Positions 38,543 through 49,892 are shown, numbered from the stretch's first letter. The stretch is DNA of 64,000 nucleotides from Rubritalea sp. (GCF_051252225.1 NZ_JBPOGE010000009.1:33709-97708); one strand, 5' to 3'. The notes: generated from the sequence alone by a model not told the origin. Numbers and translations are program-made.

Positions 38543-40240
38543 TCAGTGAGCTTTGTTGATTTCGCCAGGCATCTTAAGAGTGACCACCGCTTGGAAGAAG
38601 ATACTGCGCTCTAACCATTCTCCGATAAGAATAAGTGGTAGGCAGAGTAACGCTGCTGCGGGCTGAGCCAAACCGATGGCTAAACATAGTGAAGCGAGTA
38701 AGAATATGGCCCAACGCACTTTCAGTGTACTGGTAAGTGAGTTCAGCTGAATCAAGGCACTCTTTTTAGCGAAGCTCCAGTCGCTTGATTTCGCTGGTTT
38801 GAGCAATGCAAATTCAGTCAACATCTTGAAAGCTACCGACAGGGTGAAGCCGATTGCTGCGAAGGTGCTAACTGAGCTGTTAAGAATCGATTCTGCAGTC
38901 ACTAAGCCTGCGAAGCCACCGAGCAGTGTGGTTCCGAAGAAGCGAGCGCAGGTCTTAGACATGCTCCAGAAGGCGCGTTTCGTGTCCACGTAGACCATCA
39001 CTGAGCAGAATACGCTGAGAAGACCAAGGACTGCGGAGGAGACACCTGCGCCTGTGGTGATGAACGATGGGATTTCGAAAGTGAGAATTTCAGGGAGGAA
39101 TCCTTGCGCCACTGGGTACCAAAGCAAGGCAGCATAGGCTATCAGTGCCGGCATCCATGCGCTAAAGAGGAGGATTTCGCGACTGAGCCATGAGGTCTTT
39201 AATCCGAGGAAGACGCGCCATGCTCCTAGCGGGCTACCAAGGTGGAGCAAGCTGGAGACGAGTCCAACATTTCCTAACACGACGGCGAGAGCTGAGAGTG
39301 CGAGGGTTACTGTTTGGGAGGAATCAGGAGCTAGAGACTGTACGACGAAACATACGATCGATGCGCCGACAGCAACCTGCGTCAGCATTAGCATCCATAC
39401 GAGCGGCACGTGGTTGTGCGCAGGAGTAAGATCCTTGTCATCTGCAGGATGCATTGCTCCATCAAGATTACGCTTACTGCGGAAATTAGTGGTTGGAAGC
39501 GTGTAATCGGAGCGGAAAGCGCCAGCGACCATGCTGCCGCCTTGCATTGATTTTTCGCGCGACTCCGCCACATTGATCACTTGAATGGAAATAGCTCCGT
39601 TCGGGCAGGATTGTACACATGCAGGGGCTTCACCTTCAGCGAGTCGCTCGTGACACATATCGCATTTTCTAACAATGCCTAGAGCATCATCATATTTAGG
39701 GACATCGTATGGACACTTGAGTGAACAATACTGACAACCGATACATTGGTCATCGAGATGTCTCACAATACCCGTGTCTTCCATTTTCTCGTAAGCTCCC
39801 ACTGGGCAACCATTCAAGCAAGCTGGGTCAGCACAGTGGTGGCAAGCTGAGGTGACGGTCTGCTGTTCTGCCACACCGTCGACTACTCCACGAATCGATC
39901 CTACGTCACGCCAGGATTCTTTATCCTTCAGACCGTTGAGGCTATGACATGCAACAACACAGGCCTTACAGCCGGTGCATTTATCCATGTCTACTTCGAA
40001 AGCGTATTGCTCTCCTGAAGAGGGCTTTTTAATAGGAATGAGATCCTTATAGTATTTCGACTGGATCGGAGTGGTCGCATCTTCATGCTTTTGACTAAAG
40101 CGCTCGACGGCAGATAAACTACGTTGCTCGGTCAGAAGTTGATCAATCAAAGTTATCTCAGCATTAGCCTCTGATAGCTTATCGATTTTTGATGAGTCCA
40201 CCCGATCTAAAACGTGCGCACCCTTATTCATCCCAGTCAT
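38543..40240 (-). CDS. Fusion of DmsB-like 4x[4Fe-4S] ferredoxin and DmsC/NrfD-like membrane anchor
   Basis: CTGCKAC..AC, CHHC..PAC...C, CIGCQYC..KCP, CDMC..PAC..C, then ~8 TM with [11 protein letters not shown]...SWLSRE. Start at 40240 or 40231. Confidence 0.88.
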   Translation of the reverse strand: MTGMNKGAHVLDRVDSSKIDKLSEANAEITLIDQLLTEQRSLSAVERFSQKHEDATTPIQSKYYKDLIPIKKPSSGEQYAFEVDMDKCTGCKACVVACHSLNGLKDKESWRDVGSIRGVVDGVAEQQTVTSACHHCADPACLNGCPVGAYEKMEDTGIVRHLDDQCIGCQYCSLKCPYDVPKYDDALGIVRKCDMCHERLAEGEAPACVQSCPNGAISIQVINVAESREKSMQGGSMVAGAFRSDYTLPTTNFRSKRNLDGAMHPADDKDLTPAHNHVPLVWMLMLTQVAVGASIVCFVVQSLAPDSSQTVTLALSALAVVLGNVGLVSSLLHLGSPLGAWRVFLGLKTSWLSREILLFSAWMPALIAYAALLWYPVAQGFLPEILTFEIPSFITTGAGVSSAVLGLLSVFCSVMVYVDTKRAFWSMSKTCARFFGTTLLGGFAGLVTAESILNSSVSTFAAIGFTLSVAFKMLTEFALLKPAKSSDWSFAKKSALIQLNSLTSTLKVRWAIFLLASLCLAIGLAQPAAALLCLPLILIGEWLERSIFFQAVVTLKMPGEINKAH

Positions 40241-40254
40241 ACTCCTTCTTTTTA

Positions 40255-40271
40255 AGCAAAATGCGTGCCAT
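40255..40271 (-). promoter_or_regulatory. Sigma-54 -24/-12 promoter of the ferredoxin-anchor/nasA operon
   Basis: ATGGCACGCATTTTGCT (GG-N10-GC). Confidence 0.85.
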
Positions 40272-40309
40272 GCACTAATGAAACTCATGAGCCAGAGTAA
40301 TATCTAACT

Positions 40310-40324
40310 GTGAGTTTCGTTCAT
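40310..40324 (-). promoter_or_regulatory. Palindromic T-N11-A box (ATGAAC-GAA-ACTCAC)
   Basis: 10/12 match to RTGAAT-N3-ATTCAY, 38 nt upstream of the sigma-54 17-mer. Confidence 0.55.
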
Positions 40325-42069
40325 CATTTATAGAGAAGAACTAATACGAGTAGCACAAAGAGCGCGCTAGAGGTTATTTTCCAAAAGCGCTCAGGATTAC
40401 GCTCCATGAGCGGTAAATGGCGAGACTCAACATAGAGCGGATTCGGGTCTTTAAGGTCGCGCACGAGCTCGCTCATGCTGGAGTAGCGTGACTCTGCGTG
40501 CACGCTCAGAGCTCGCTTTAGTGCTCCATCTACCCACACTGGCACCATTGGTTTATATTTATAGGCCGGAATGTATTCTAGTAGGCTGAAATCCTTGTAC
40601 GTTTGTGCCTTGGTCCATTTATCTCCATAGGGGCATTTGCCGCCAGTGAGTAGATGGTAAGCAATCATCGCGATGGAGAATTGATCAGACTTCACTCCGA
40701 TAGAAGACTCGATCTCTAGTCTGTATTCGGGTGCGGAGAAGTCGATTGTTCCCAGCGCAGTTGGCTGCTCTATCCCCTGCCCTTTACCGTGAATGCTTTC
40801 AATTTTACAGGATCCGTAATCGATGACAACTGGGCGATCATCAGCGGTGAGCATGATGTTATCTAGCTTCAGATCCTGGTGAATGGTTTCCTTGCGATGG
40901 AGCGCTCGAACACCCGAGACAATCTGTTCGACAATGCGGACAATTTTTAACGTGTCGATATCTCCCTTGTGTGCGTCCATCCACTGAGCAAGCGTCTTCC
41001 CCTTCACCTCCTCCATGAGGTAGTAAAGGAAAGTGGCTTTTTGTGGGCGCTCTACGACCTTAATGAGGTTTTTATGATCCACGCGTCTGCCGATCCATTC
41101 TTCTGCGACAAATCTATCGATGTATGCAGGGTCATCTTGGAAATTCGGCGAAGGCGTCTTCATTACGAAGGCTTCCTTGGTTGAAGTGTCACGCACCCTA
41201 TAGAGTTGGCTTCTTGCGCTCTCAAAGATCACCGACTCGACTTCGAGACCATCGACACTCATACCTGGGTAGAGTAATGGAGGAAATGGGCGTTCACGGA
41301 GAAAGCGCTGAAGCTCTTCCTGATTTGCTCCCGGTACAGCACTAATCTGGACTAGCTGACAGGAGAGGTTGTCGTTACTTCCTGAAAGCAGTGCGGCATT
41401 AACAATTTCTTTGGCGGTAACATCGAGAGATTCGTGACTCTTTATGATATCGAGCATCTGGCTATCACGTAACCATTCGTGGACGCCATCGGTGCTGAGT
41501 AGGAAGAGATCGTTGAGTTCGATGCCAAATTCCTTGAAGTCCACCTTGGGATTCAGATTGAGCCCCATTGCGCGACTTAAATACGTCGTGTTTTTGGAGA
41601 TTTGAGTGCTGTGATCATTGGTGAGCTGCTCGATTTCTCCATTGCGAATACGGTAAATCCGTGTGTCGCCAATATGGAAAATGTGTGCCGTGTTAGAAGT
41701 GAAAATGATAGAGCTATGCGTAGAGAGGTAGCCCTTCTCATTTGCAAGCCCCTCACTGTGCCCCTGACTATAGAGCCATCGATTGAGTGCTGTGAGAATT
41801 CTGTGACCAGAAGTCTTCACTGACCAAGTGTCAGGCGTACTATAATAGTCGGAAAGAAAGCTCTGTACGCACATCTCCGCGGCGAGCTTGCCACCACTTG
41901 CTGCGCTCACCCCATCAGCGATGACGACTGCGATACCTTTCGTGAAGACAGAAGCGGCATCAGGCACATGAATGCCGATGCAGTCTTCGTTTTGTTTTTT
42001 TACTCCCTTGAGGGAGCATTGACCCACTGAGACAGTTAGTGCGTGCTCAGTGGGTAATGTGGTGATCAT
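40324..42069 (-). CDS. PP2C phosphatase - Ser/Thr kinase fusion with C-terminal TM
   Basis: PP2C: IADGV, HIGDTR, STDGV, GSNDN. Kinase: VMK, HQDLKLDN, IDYG, APE. Confidence 0.9.
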   Translation of the reverse strand: MITTLPTEHALTVSVGQCSLKGVKKQNEDCIGIHVPDAASVFTKGIAVVIADGVSAASGGKLAAEMCVQSFLSDYYSTPDTWSVKTSGHRILTALNRWLYSQGHSEGLANEKGYLSTHSSIIFTSNTAHIFHIGDTRIYRIRNGEIEQLTNDHSTQISKNTTYLSRAMGLNLNPKVDFKEFGIELNDLFLLSTDGVHEWLRDSQMLDIIKSHESLDVTAKEIVNAALLSGSNDNLSCQLVQISAVPGANQEELQRFLRERPFPPLLYPGMSVDGLEVESVIFESARSQLYRVRDTSTKEAFVMKTPSPNFQDDPAYIDRFVAEEWIGRRVDHKNLIKVVERPQKATFLYYLMEEVKGKTLAQWMDAHKGDIDTLKIVRIVEQIVSGVRALHRKETIHQDLKLDNIMLTADDRPVVIDYGSCKIESIHGKGQGIEQPTALGTIDFSAPEYRLEIESSIGVKSDQFSIAMIAYHLLTGGKCPYGDKWTKAQTYKDFSLLEYIPAYKYKPMVPVWVDGALKRALSVHAESRYSSMSELVRDLKDPNPLYVESRHLPLMERNPERFWKITSSALFVLLVLVLLYK

Positions 42070-42080
42070 TTAATTTTTAA

Positions 42081-43550
42081 TTAGGAAACTTCGATAAGCT
42101 CCACAGATCCATCAGGCATCACTTCAGCAGTGTGGCCAGCTGGCTCTTCAAGGAAGTATGTGGCGATGAAACCAATGGAGCTAGATGCTGCGATGATCAT
42201 GAAGAAGGTAGAAGCATCGACAAAGGAGAAAATCGTAAGAAATACAACTGCTCCTACATTGCCGTAGGCGCCAGCCATTCCAGCAATCTGACCAGTCATA
42301 CGGCGCTGTACGAGCGGCACCATGGCAAACACTGCGCCTTCGCCGGACTGCACGAAGAATGAGCAGCACATTGTGGCAAGTACGGCGAGCGGTATCGCCC
42401 ATGTGCCGTCAATATGACTCATAGTGAAGTAACCAACTGCTAGACCGACCATGAAAATCATCATGGACTTACGACGACCGAATTTATCTGAAATCAAACC
42501 ACCTGCAGGGCGGGCAATTAAATTCATGAATGCGAAGCCTGACGCGAGGAGGCCAGCTGTCACTGGTGATAGGTCAAATGTTTCCATGAAGAAGAATGGA
42601 AGCATGGAAACTACTGCGAGTTCAGAGCCGAAAGTGACGAAGTAGTTGAGATCGAGAATTGCAACTTGCTTAAATTTGTAGCGGAACATCTCAGGCACCC
42701 CACCCTCTTTGAGCATGGTTTTGTTGACGCGGTAGATTTGACTCACCTGGAAAACGAAGAGTGCTGCTAGGCCGACATAGATCATATTCGTTGTGCTCTG
42801 TGTAAGTAAGCCAACGGAAATCAATTTCCATGCGAGAACTGCAAGAGCTGCATACATAGGTATTGTCATGATGAGGAGGAAGTAGAAGTCACGGCGTGTA
42901 CTTACTTCCATTCCGCCGCTCTTTTTAGGTTTGAAGTAGGTGGCCCCCTTAGGGGTGTCACGCGCAACAATGTAGAAGAAGATCCCGTAAAGGAATGCAA
43001 TCGCTGCGGTACAATAGAGTGAATACCTCCAGCCATTTTCACCACCAAAAATGGTGGCAAGTGTTGGCAAGGTCATCGCTGCAGCGGCTGAACCGAAGTT
43101 ACCCCAACCACCATAAATACCCTCAGCAAGACCGACTTGACGTGCTGGGAACCACTCTCCCACCATGCGGATTCCGATCACAAACCCAGCTCCAACGAAG
43201 CCCATCGCGAAACGCGTAACGGCAAGTTGTTCATAAGTTTGAGCAGATGCAAACAACGCACAGAGCACACCCGATATAATGAGGAGTGTAGAGAAGGTCT
43301 TTCTAGGGCCTAATTTATCTACGAGCATACCCACAATCACACGTGAGGGAATGGTGAGAGCAACGTTTACAATGAGAAGCGCCTTCCATTGCGGTTTAGT
43401 CAGGTTGAATGCTTCTGAAATAACTGCGCCAAGGGGTGCGTGGTTAAACCAGACAACAAATGTAATGAAGAACGCAATCCATGAAACATGGAGAGTGCGT
43501 ATGCTCGGATTCTTTAGATCGAGTACGTTTAACTTATCAGTGGTGTTCAC
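42081..43550 (-). CDS. narK: NarK-family nitrate/nitrite MFS transporter
   Basis: Nitrate-signature [13 protein letters not shown]...[27 protein letters not shown]. Likely GTG start at 43550. Confidence 0.93.
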   Translation of the reverse strand: MNTTDKLNVLDLKNPSIRTLHVSWIAFFITFVVWFNHAPLGAVISEAFNLTKPQWKALLIVNVALTIPSRVIVGMLVDKLGPRKTFSTLLIISGVLCALFASAQTYEQLAVTRFAMGFVGAGFVIGIRMVGEWFPARQVGLAEGIYGGWGNFGSAAAAMTLPTLATIFGGENGWRYSLYCTAAIAFLYGIFFYIVARDTPKGATYFKPKKSGGMEVSTRRDFYFLLIMTIPMYAALAVLAWKLISVGLLTQSTTNMIYVGLAALFVFQVSQIYRVNKTMLKEGGVPEMFRYKFKQVAILDLNYFVTFGSELAVVSMLPFFFMETFDLSPVTAGLLASGFAFMNLIARPAGGLISDKFGRRKSMMIFMVGLAVGYFTMSHIDGTWAIPLAVLATMCCSFFVQSGEGAVFAMVPLVQRRMTGQIAGMAGAYGNVGAVVFLTIFSFVDASTFFMIIAASSSIGFIATYFLEEPAGHTAEVMPDGSVELIEVS

Positions 43551-43562
43551 GTTATGGATGAA

Positions 43563-43579
43563 AGCAATACATGTGCCAA
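43563..43579 (-). promoter_or_regulatory. Sigma-54 promoter of narK
   Basis: TTGGCACATGTATTGCT. Confidence 0.85.
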
Positions 43580-43616
43580 AAAGGGTGGTGACGCAAAAAT
43601 GCCAATCATGTCTAAC

Positions 43617-43631
43617 ATGATTGGCATTCAT
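43617..43631 (-). promoter_or_regulatory. Palindromic box ATGAAT-GCC-AATCAT
   Basis: 11/12 match, 37 nt upstream of the sigma-54 17-mer. Confidence 0.7.
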
Positions 43632-43650
43632 TATTTAGCGCTATGAACAC

Positions 43651-44541
43651 TTAGGCAACTACACCCATCGATTTATCAACCAAATCTTGAATTTGTTCTT
43701 TATTGCGGAATCCCATGGTTTCCCCAGCTGAGAAAACGCGAGTCTCCCCTTTGATGTGTGAGCGCTGCTCGAGGAATGCAAGGAGGTGCTCACGGTAAGT
43801 GAAGAACTTCTGATCATTAAAGATTTCCTGTCGGTTACGCGGACGTGGGAAATCAATTTCGAGAATTTCTCCTAACCCAGCCTTAGGGCCATTTGACATC
43901 ATTACACAGCGATCCGCCATAAATACGGCTTCATCAACATCGTGTGTAACAATCATCGCCGTAAGTTTTTCGCGTTCAAGAATATCAATAATGACATCCT
44001 GTAGCTCCATACGAGTCAATGAATCTAGTCGACCAAAAGGCTCATCAAGAAGCAGCACTTTAGGCTGAAGAGCAATCGCTCTCGCTATACCAACACGCTG
44101 CTGCATGCCGCCAGATAGCTCCTTTGGGTATTTCTTCATGGAGTCAGCTAGGCCAACGACAGAAAGTGAATGCTCGACAATCTGCTTCTGAGTAGCCTTA
44201 TTAACGTGTGGATAGACGTTTTTCACTCCAAGCATCACATTAGCGTAGGCTGTCAACCATGGCATCAAGCATGGTGCCTGGAATACCACAGAGCGATCAG
44301 GACCCGGGCCGTCGATCTCCTTATTCCCTACAATGATACCCCCGCCAGAAATCTCATTGAGCCCTGCGAGCATTGTGAGAACCGTGGATTTACCACAACC
44401 AGAGTGACCAATGAGTGAGATGAATTCCCCCTCCTTGATATTTAGGTTGAAGTCTTCAACTACGCGGAAAGGATCACCGTACGGATTCGGGTATTCTTTA
44501 ACGAGATTTGAAATCTCTACAAATTTTAAATTCTCAGACAT
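43651..44541 (-). CDS. nrtD: Nitrate/nitrite-type ABC transporter ATPase (NrtD-like)
   Basis: [30 protein letters not shown]. Confidence 0.88.
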   Translation of the reverse strand: MSENLKFVEISNLVKEYPNPYGDPFRVVEDFNLNIKEGEFISLIGHSGCGKSTVLTMLAGLNEISGGGIIVGNKEIDGPGPDRSVVFQAPCLMPWLTAYANVMLGVKNVYPHVNKATQKQIVEHSLSVVGLADSMKKYPKELSGGMQQRVGIARAIALQPKVLLLDEPFGRLDSLTRMELQDVIIDILEREKLTAMIVTHDVDEAVFMADRCVMMSNGPKAGLGEILEIDFPRPRNRQEIFNDQKFFTYREHLLAFLEQRSHIKGETRVFSAGETMGFRNKEQIQDLVDKSMGVVA

Positions 44542-44542
44542 A

Positions 44543-45445
44543 TTAGGCTACGTTGTTAGAGTTCTTACTGGAAACAGGGTTTTGCTTGAATGTTGGAGCG
44601 AGCACTGTTGGTGAGAAATTCTTAGGTGTCACCTTAGGCATTGGTATGATATCGGCACTGAGCTTCTTACTCTCTTTATTGAGCCCCATCATGTAGTTGG
44701 TGATCTCAGACTTGAGGCGCATAAATTCTGGATGATCATTCAGTGTGTGGCGGTCACGTGGACGTGCCATGTTCACCTTGAAGTCGTCAGAGAGAGTTGC
44801 CGCTGGCCCCATAGTGAGAGGGACGATGCGATCAGCCATCAGAACGGCTTCGTCCACATCGTTAGTGATCATCACTACTGTACGTTTGTCTTTCTCCCAG
44901 ATATTGAGGATTTGGTCCTGTAGCTCTGATCGAGTGAGGGCGTCTAGTGCTGAGAGCGGCTCGTCAAGCAGCAGAACTTCCGGGTCCAGAGAGAGTGTGC
45001 GTGCAAGCGATGCTCGCTGACGCATGCCGCCTGACAGCTCTTGTGGTTTCTTATCAAATGCGTGATCGAGTTTCACCATTTTCACATAGTGTCGTGCGCG
45101 CTCTTCAAGATCACTCTTGGAGAGTCGAGGGTCCACAGCCCTAATAGCAAGCTTCACATTCTCTACCACCGTCAACCAAGGGAGGAGTGAGTAGTTCTGA
45201 AACATGAGTCCGAGGTCTGGGCCCGGCTCCTTAATGCTCTCCCCTTTGAATCGAACTTCGCCTGTTGAAGGTTTTTCGAGGCCAGAGAGAAGACTCATTA
45301 GTGTACTCTTCCCTGCTCCAGAGAATCCGATGACTGCGACAAACTCATTTTCTTCAACCTTGAGGTTAAGATCCTTGAGGATATCCACCCTGCTGGAGGG
45401 CGGTCCGTAGCTTACTGAAGCGTTATCTATTTCTAAAAATGCCAT
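44543..45445 (-). CDS. nrtC: Nitrate/nitrite-type ABC transporter ATPase (NrtC-like, short form)
   Basis: [32 protein letters not shown]. Confidence 0.88.
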   Translation of the reverse strand: MAFLEIDNASVSYGPPSSRVDILKDLNLKVEENEFVAVIGFSGAGKSTLMSLLSGLEKPSTGEVRFKGESIKEPGPDLGLMFQNYSLLPWLTVVENVKLAIRAVDPRLSKSDLEERARHYVKMVKLDHAFDKKPQELSGGMRQRASLARTLSLDPEVLLLDEPLSALDALTRSELQDQILNIWEKDKRTVVMITNDVDEAVLMADRIVPLTMGPAATLSDDFKVNMARPRDRHTLNDHPEFMRLKSEITNYMMGLNKESKKLSADIIPMPKVTPKNFSPTVLAPTFKQNPVSSKNSNNVA

Positions 45446-45465
45446 AATCTTGGATATTTCTATGA

Positions 45466-47085
45466 TTAAACGCTTACTGCACCGTCGAAGGTAACCATGC
45501 GCTGGAAGACGATCATGATGCGATCAAGAATGAGTCCGATGATGCCCACGAGGAATACGACAACCATCATCTTAGCGAGTGAGTCGGAAGCGCCGTTGTT
45601 GAACTGATCCCACACAAACTTACCAATACCTTCTGATGAGGAGAGGAGTTCCGCAGCGATAAGAACCATCCAGCCGACACCTAGTGAGATACGAAGACCT
45701 GCAAAAATAAGTGGCAGCGCAGACGGAATGACGATCTTGAAAAGACGAGCGAAGAAGCCGAGCTTGAGTACGCGTGCTACGTTCATGTGATCTTTATCGA
45801 TAGACGCTACTCCGAGGGCTGTATTTGCCAAGGTCGCCCAAAGTGAACAGAGAGCCACAGTCACTGCTGAAGCAATGAAGGCTGGATTGATCTTATACTC
45901 ACCGATTAATGGGAGATCCCATAAGAATTCCATAATTGGGTTGTTGTCAGGATCAGGGATGAGACCTGAGACAATGATGAGTGCGATAGGCAACCATACG
46001 ATTGGTGAAACCGGCTTGAAGATGGCGATGAACGGAGTCATGGCAGCCATGAAGGTAGAGTTGAGGCCGCAGAGGATTCCGACTGGAACCGCAATCGCTG
46101 TGCCGATAATAAATCCAGTAAAGACACAGAAAATAGAACGCTTAACCTGGTACCAAATGGTTGCTGGCTTAGCATACTCAGAGTCCTCCATCTTACCTAA
46201 GCGGGATTCAGCTTTAGCAATAGAACGAGCCTTATCATAAGCCGCCTTACCTGTGAGTGTGAGAAACTCAGCATTGGATGCTGTAATCTTCCCTGTAGCG
46301 GACTCCACCTGAATCGCTTTATTGCGATTACTAAGAAGTTCAATTTGCTTCTTAAGGAACTGTTCCTCTTCTGCAGCGAATGTTTGAGTAATGAGGGCGT
46401 CAGCTACTTGTGGGGATTTCATCTCGCGAATCTTATCAATTTCTTTCTTAAGTACAGAGAGCTTCTCTTTATTGGCCTCGCTCTCAGATTCAGCAACCTT
46501 CACCTCACCTTGGTAAGCTGTATAAGCCGCTTGATTACCCGCTGGCAGTGAGTCAGCCTTCACAATGAGTGCCTCCTTTTTAGCGTCTGCTATCTCTTTG
46601 TATTCAACTTTCTTGGCTTTATATTCTGCATCAAGCGGCGCAATGAGCCCTTTAGTCTTTTCGCTCATAGCAGACTTAGCCTGTGTCACCGCTTCGTTCG
46701 CTAGCTTTACACGCTCCTCTACGCCTACAAGTTGCTCTTTCGACTCCTCAAGCATCTGCTCGCGCGCATCACCTGTAAGCTCGTAAGCTTTCATCTTTAG
46801 ATTCTCTCGTTCAGCTTGCTTATCGATGGCGTTGTACCCTTTCCAGGTCTGGGCCGGGTTAGGAAGCGTGCCAGACTTCGTTTGGATCGTTCCTGAGGTG
46901 ACATGCCAGAGGAAGAGGAAGGCTAGCACACCAGCAATGGGGACAAATATCCATTGACCAATCTTCTGGAGCTGGATTTTCGGTTCTTCACCATAACAAA
47001 GCCTCACCACTGGAGCCAGGAATGTGAGGCCACTGAGATCGATGGCTTTTAAGAGTGCGTATTGTAGTTTCTTTAGGAATTTCAT
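45466..47085 (-). CDS. nrtB: Nitrate-type ABC permease with large coiled-coil insertion
   Basis: FKPVSP..WLP, NTA.GV..D..NVARVL EAA loop, [15 protein letters not shown]. Likely start MKFL at 47085 (track start 47154). Confidence 0.88.
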   Translation of the reverse strand: MKFLKKLQYALLKAIDLSGLTFLAPVVRLCYGEEPKIQLQKIGQWIFVPIAGVLAFLFLWHVTSGTIQTKSGTLPNPAQTWKGYNAIDKQAERENLKMKAYELTGDAREQMLEESKEQLVGVEERVKLANEAVTQAKSAMSEKTKGLIAPLDAEYKAKKVEYKEIADAKKEALIVKADSLPAGNQAAYTAYQGEVKVAESESEANKEKLSVLKKEIDKIREMKSPQVADALITQTFAAEEEQFLKKQIELLSNRNKAIQVESATGKITASNAEFLTLTGKAAYDKARSIAKAESRLGKMEDSEYAKPATIWYQVKRSIFCVFTGFIIGTAIAVPVGILCGLNSTFMAAMTPFIAIFKPVSPIVWLPIALIIVSGLIPDPDNNPIMEFLWDLPLIGEYKINPAFIASAVTVALCSLWATLANTALGVASIDKDHMNVARVLKLGFFARLFKIVIPSALPLIFAGLRISLGVGWMVLIAAELLSSSEGIGKFVWDQFNNGASDSLAKMMVVVFLVGIIGLILDRIMIVFQRMVTFDGAVSV

Positions 47086-47206
47086 AGCGTAAGCAGAAAT
47101 AGTGTTGGCATTGACTAAGCAGGCACTAGACCACCACTTATTAGTTCTGCTCATAACTGAGGTGAATCACTAACATTCACCCCAGAATTCAGCTGGTTCT
47201 ATATGC

Positions 47207-47239
47207 AAAAAAAAGGCCACCTTTTAAAAAGGTGGCCTT
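47207..47239 (-). terminator. Intrinsic terminator between nrtA and nrtB
   Basis: On the - strand AAGGCCACCTTTTT-AAAAGGTGGCCTTTTTTTT. Confidence 0.85.
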
Positions 47240-47270
47240 AATTACAATACTACAGGTATTACTATGAAAA

Positions 47271-48641
47271 TTATGCTTCAGGATCTTTGTTACCGATCTT
47301 GTGGCTATTGAGATATTTGATCGGCTCTTTACCGTCATATTCAACACCATCAATGAAGTCTGTTGTAGGCACTTTGAAGCCATCTGTATCCCAAGGGATA
47401 TCCGCCTTATCGATATTACCTTCTTCTACGAGCATCTTAGCTGCTTCGAGGTAAACTTCAGGAGCATAAACGCTTTTTGCAGTTTCTAGGTACCAATCTT
47501 TAGACTTAGGCTCTGAAATCTGTCCCCAACGACGCATCTGAGTGAGAAACCAGATACCATCAGAGTACCATGGGTAGGTAGCGTTGTTTTTGTAGAATAC
47601 GTTGAAATCTGGCATCTCACGCTTGTCAGTCTTCTGGAAGAAGAAATAGCCAGTCATGGAGTTCTTAATGACATCGTAGTCAGCACCTACATAATTCGGA
47701 CGTGAAAGGATACGTGCAGCTTCTTCGCGGTTTACAAGCTTGCCACTTTCATCGGTCTCATCGAGCCATTTACCAGCACGAATGAGAGCCTTAGTTACAG
47801 CGATGTTAGTTTTTGGATTTTCGTCAGCCCATGCCTTAGATACACCAAATACTTTCTCTGGGTTGTTTTTCCAGATGTCGTAGTTAGTGATTACTGGCAC
47901 ACCGATACCTTTAGCCACAGCTTGCTGATTCCATGGTTCACCCACGCAGTAGCCTTGGATATTACCAGACTCTAGAGTCGCCGGCATCATTGGCGGAGGT
48001 GTTACGGATAGCTCAACTTGAGCGTCGGTACGACCACCTACATCTGACTGCGTATACATACCTGGATGTATATCTGCAGCTGCCAGCCAGTAACGTAGTT
48101 CGTAGTTGTGAGTGGATGTTGGGAAAACCATACCCATTTGAAGCTTCTCACCTTCATCCAACTTCTCAATTACAACTGGCTTCAGAGAATCTGCTGTAAT
48201 AGGGTGTGGAGGGGTGTCTGAATCGAGCTTAGGGTCATTTTCCTGCATCTGCTTCCAGATGTTATTGGATACTGTAATAGCATTACCATTGAGATCCATT
48301 GTGTAGGACGTGACGATGTGCGCCTTAGTACCAAAACCAATTGTCGCTGCAATCGGCTGACCAGAGAGCATATGCGCACCATCTAAATCACCAGAGATTA
48401 CATTATCTAAGAGAGTTTTCCAGTTTGGCTGAGCGACTACATCGACCTGAAGGCCTTCATCATCGAAAAATCCTTTTTCCTTCGCGATTACGAGAGGAGC
48501 GCAATCAGTAAGCTTGATAAAACCAAACTTAAGAGAGTCTTTTTCTACATCGAGCTGCCCAGCGTAAAGAGCAGGTGCTGCCATAACGCTAGCAATAGTG
48601 GCGAGCGTACTAACTTGTTTAATTAACGGGTTCGTTTTCAT
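47271..48641 (-). CDS. nrtA: CmpA/NrtA-family ABC substrate-binding protein
   Basis: [52 protein letters not shown]. Likely start MKTN at 48641. Confidence 0.93.
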   Translation of the reverse strand: MKTNPLIKQVSTLATIASVMAAPALYAGQLDVEKDSLKFGFIKLTDCAPLVIAKEKGFFDDEGLQVDVVAQPNWKTLLDNVISGDLDGAHMLSGQPIAATIGFGTKAHIVTSYTMDLNGNAITVSNNIWKQMQENDPKLDSDTPPHPITADSLKPVVIEKLDEGEKLQMGMVFPTSTHNYELRYWLAAADIHPGMYTQSDVGGRTDAQVELSVTPPPMMPATLESGNIQGYCVGEPWNQQAVAKGIGVPVITNYDIWKNNPEKVFGVSKAWADENPKTNIAVTKALIRAGKWLDETDESGKLVNREEAARILSRPNYVGADYDVIKNSMTGYFFFQKTDKREMPDFNVFYKNNATYPWYSDGIWFLTQMRRWGQISEPKSKDWYLETAKSVYAPEVYLEAAKMLVEEGNIDKADIPWDTDGFKVPTTDFIDGVEYDGKEPIKYLNSHKIGNKDPEA

Positions 48642-48663
48642 AATTTGTGAACACCAGCAATCC

Positions 48664-48680
48664 AGCACTACCTGTGCCAA
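48664..48680 (-). promoter_or_regulatory. Sigma-54 promoter of nrtA
   Basis: TTGGCACAGGTAGTGCT. Confidence 0.8.
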
Positions 48681-48717
48681 CCCTCGACACCATAAGGCTT
48701 CGCTATGCATCTAAAAA

Positions 48718-48732
48718 ATGAATCTGATTCAT
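48718..48732. promoter_or_regulatory. Perfect palindromic box ATGAAT-CTG-ATTCAT (candidate LysR site)
   Basis: T-N11-A dyad in the nrtA/lysR divergent region, 37 nt upstream of the nrtA sigma-54 17-mer. Confidence 0.8.
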
Positions 48733-48821
48733 TTCTGCAGATGGTACACATCCTGCTTACATAACATTAATAAATATCCTAGTCTCCCCCGCCTTACACC
48801 TCACACCTAATTTCTCACTCA

Positions 48822-49760
48822 ATGAACTTACCTGAAATACGTCAGCTTAAGATTTTTATAGCTCTAGAAGAAACGCGTTCATTTACTGCAGCGGCCAATA
48901 AGAACTTCATCACGCAATCTGCAGTATCCCACTCTATTAAATCACTAGAGAAGCAGCTAGACTGCAGCCTCATAGAGCGCATGGGTAAACGTATAACCCT
49001 TACCCCATACGGTGAGGTGTTTCTCCATCACGCTAAACGCGTCATTGCTGAACTGGAGTCATCTCTGACTAAAATTGAAACTCTCAAGCACTGGGGTTAC
49101 TCTTCTATTAGGGTAGGTGCTTCAGACACAATCTGCCAGTACATCCTACCTAGTGTTCTTAACACTTTTGCTAGGATGCATCCCAAATGCGAGATTACTG
49201 TTGATCTTGGTGACACATTAGCGATGCAGAAAAAACTGGCGCATGGGCAGCTTGATCTCGCTATTGGTATCCATCTAGCTCCTAGCGACAACAATTTCAT
49301 TTTTACTCCACTCACAGAAGACACGCTTTGCTTTGTAACCTCACCTGATCACGATTGGGTTCAGCGCCAGACTAATAGAGGCGGTTCACTCACAGATGTT
49401 AGACTCATCGCTTACGGTGCTGAAAGTGAGACGATGCGCCTCATTACTAAGCACTTTAGCGAGACCGTCGTGAAATACCGTCACCCGCTTTCCCTGGGGA
49501 ACATGGAAGCTATTAAAGAGATGACAAAAATTGGTCTCGGAGTTGGCATCATCCCCCCTTGGGTCGCCAAGAAGGAATTTGAAAAAGGCGAGTTAGTAGC
49601 CCACACTATATCCTCCCCTCCACCACGACGCAACTGGGGTGTGTTTTCAAATAGCGGAAAAACCTTCTCTCTTCCTGAAGAGGATTTCATTACGATCTGC
49701 CGAGAAGAAATGGAAAAGGCGATCCATACAGGGAGAAAACTAGAAGAAGTGGGAGCGTAA
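48822..49760 (+). CDS. LysR-family transcriptional regulator
   Basis: SFTAAA....TQSAVS..IK.LEKQL...L.ER....TLTP.GE HTH plus substrate-binding domain. Confidence 0.95.
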   Translation: MNLPEIRQLKIFIALEETRSFTAAANKNFITQSAVSHSIKSLEKQLDCSLIERMGKRITLTPYGEVFLHHAKRVIAELESSLTKIETLKHWGYSSIRVGASDTICQYILPSVLNTFARMHPKCEITVDLGDTLAMQKKLAHGQLDLAIGIHLAPSDNNFIFTPLTEDTLCFVTSPDHDWVQRQTNRGGSLTDVRLIAYGAESETMRLITKHFSETVVKYRHPLSLGNMEAIKEMTKIGLGVGIIPPWVAKKEFEKGELVAHTISSPPPRRNWGVFSNSGKTFSLPEEDFITICREEMEKAIHTGRKLEEVGA

Positions 49761-49825
49761 GCTCAGATCGTTAACCAGCTTTTCTAATAGCAGCGCTTTT
49801 CACCTTAGCTTCAATAGATCCTTTT

Positions 49826-49855
49826 AGCTCCATCACACTCTGGTGGAGCTTTTTT
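49826..49855 (+). terminator. Intrinsic terminator after lysR
   Basis: AGCTCCAtCA-CACTC-TGgTGGAGCT-TTTTT. Confidence 0.75.
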
Positions 49856-49892
49856 GTGCCATGCAGTGAGCCCTGAAGTAAACTAAGCATAA

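Noticed and set aside
47092-47109. Possible sigma-54 promoter for nrtB (CCAACACTATTTCTGC on the - strand)
   Set aside because: It lacks the invariant GG of the -24 element.
4050-47239. Shared AAAAAAGGCCACC arm in the terminators at 4050 and 47207 as a REP family
   Set aside because: Only two copies with different loops, and other terminators differ. Consistent with ordinary GC-stem terminators.
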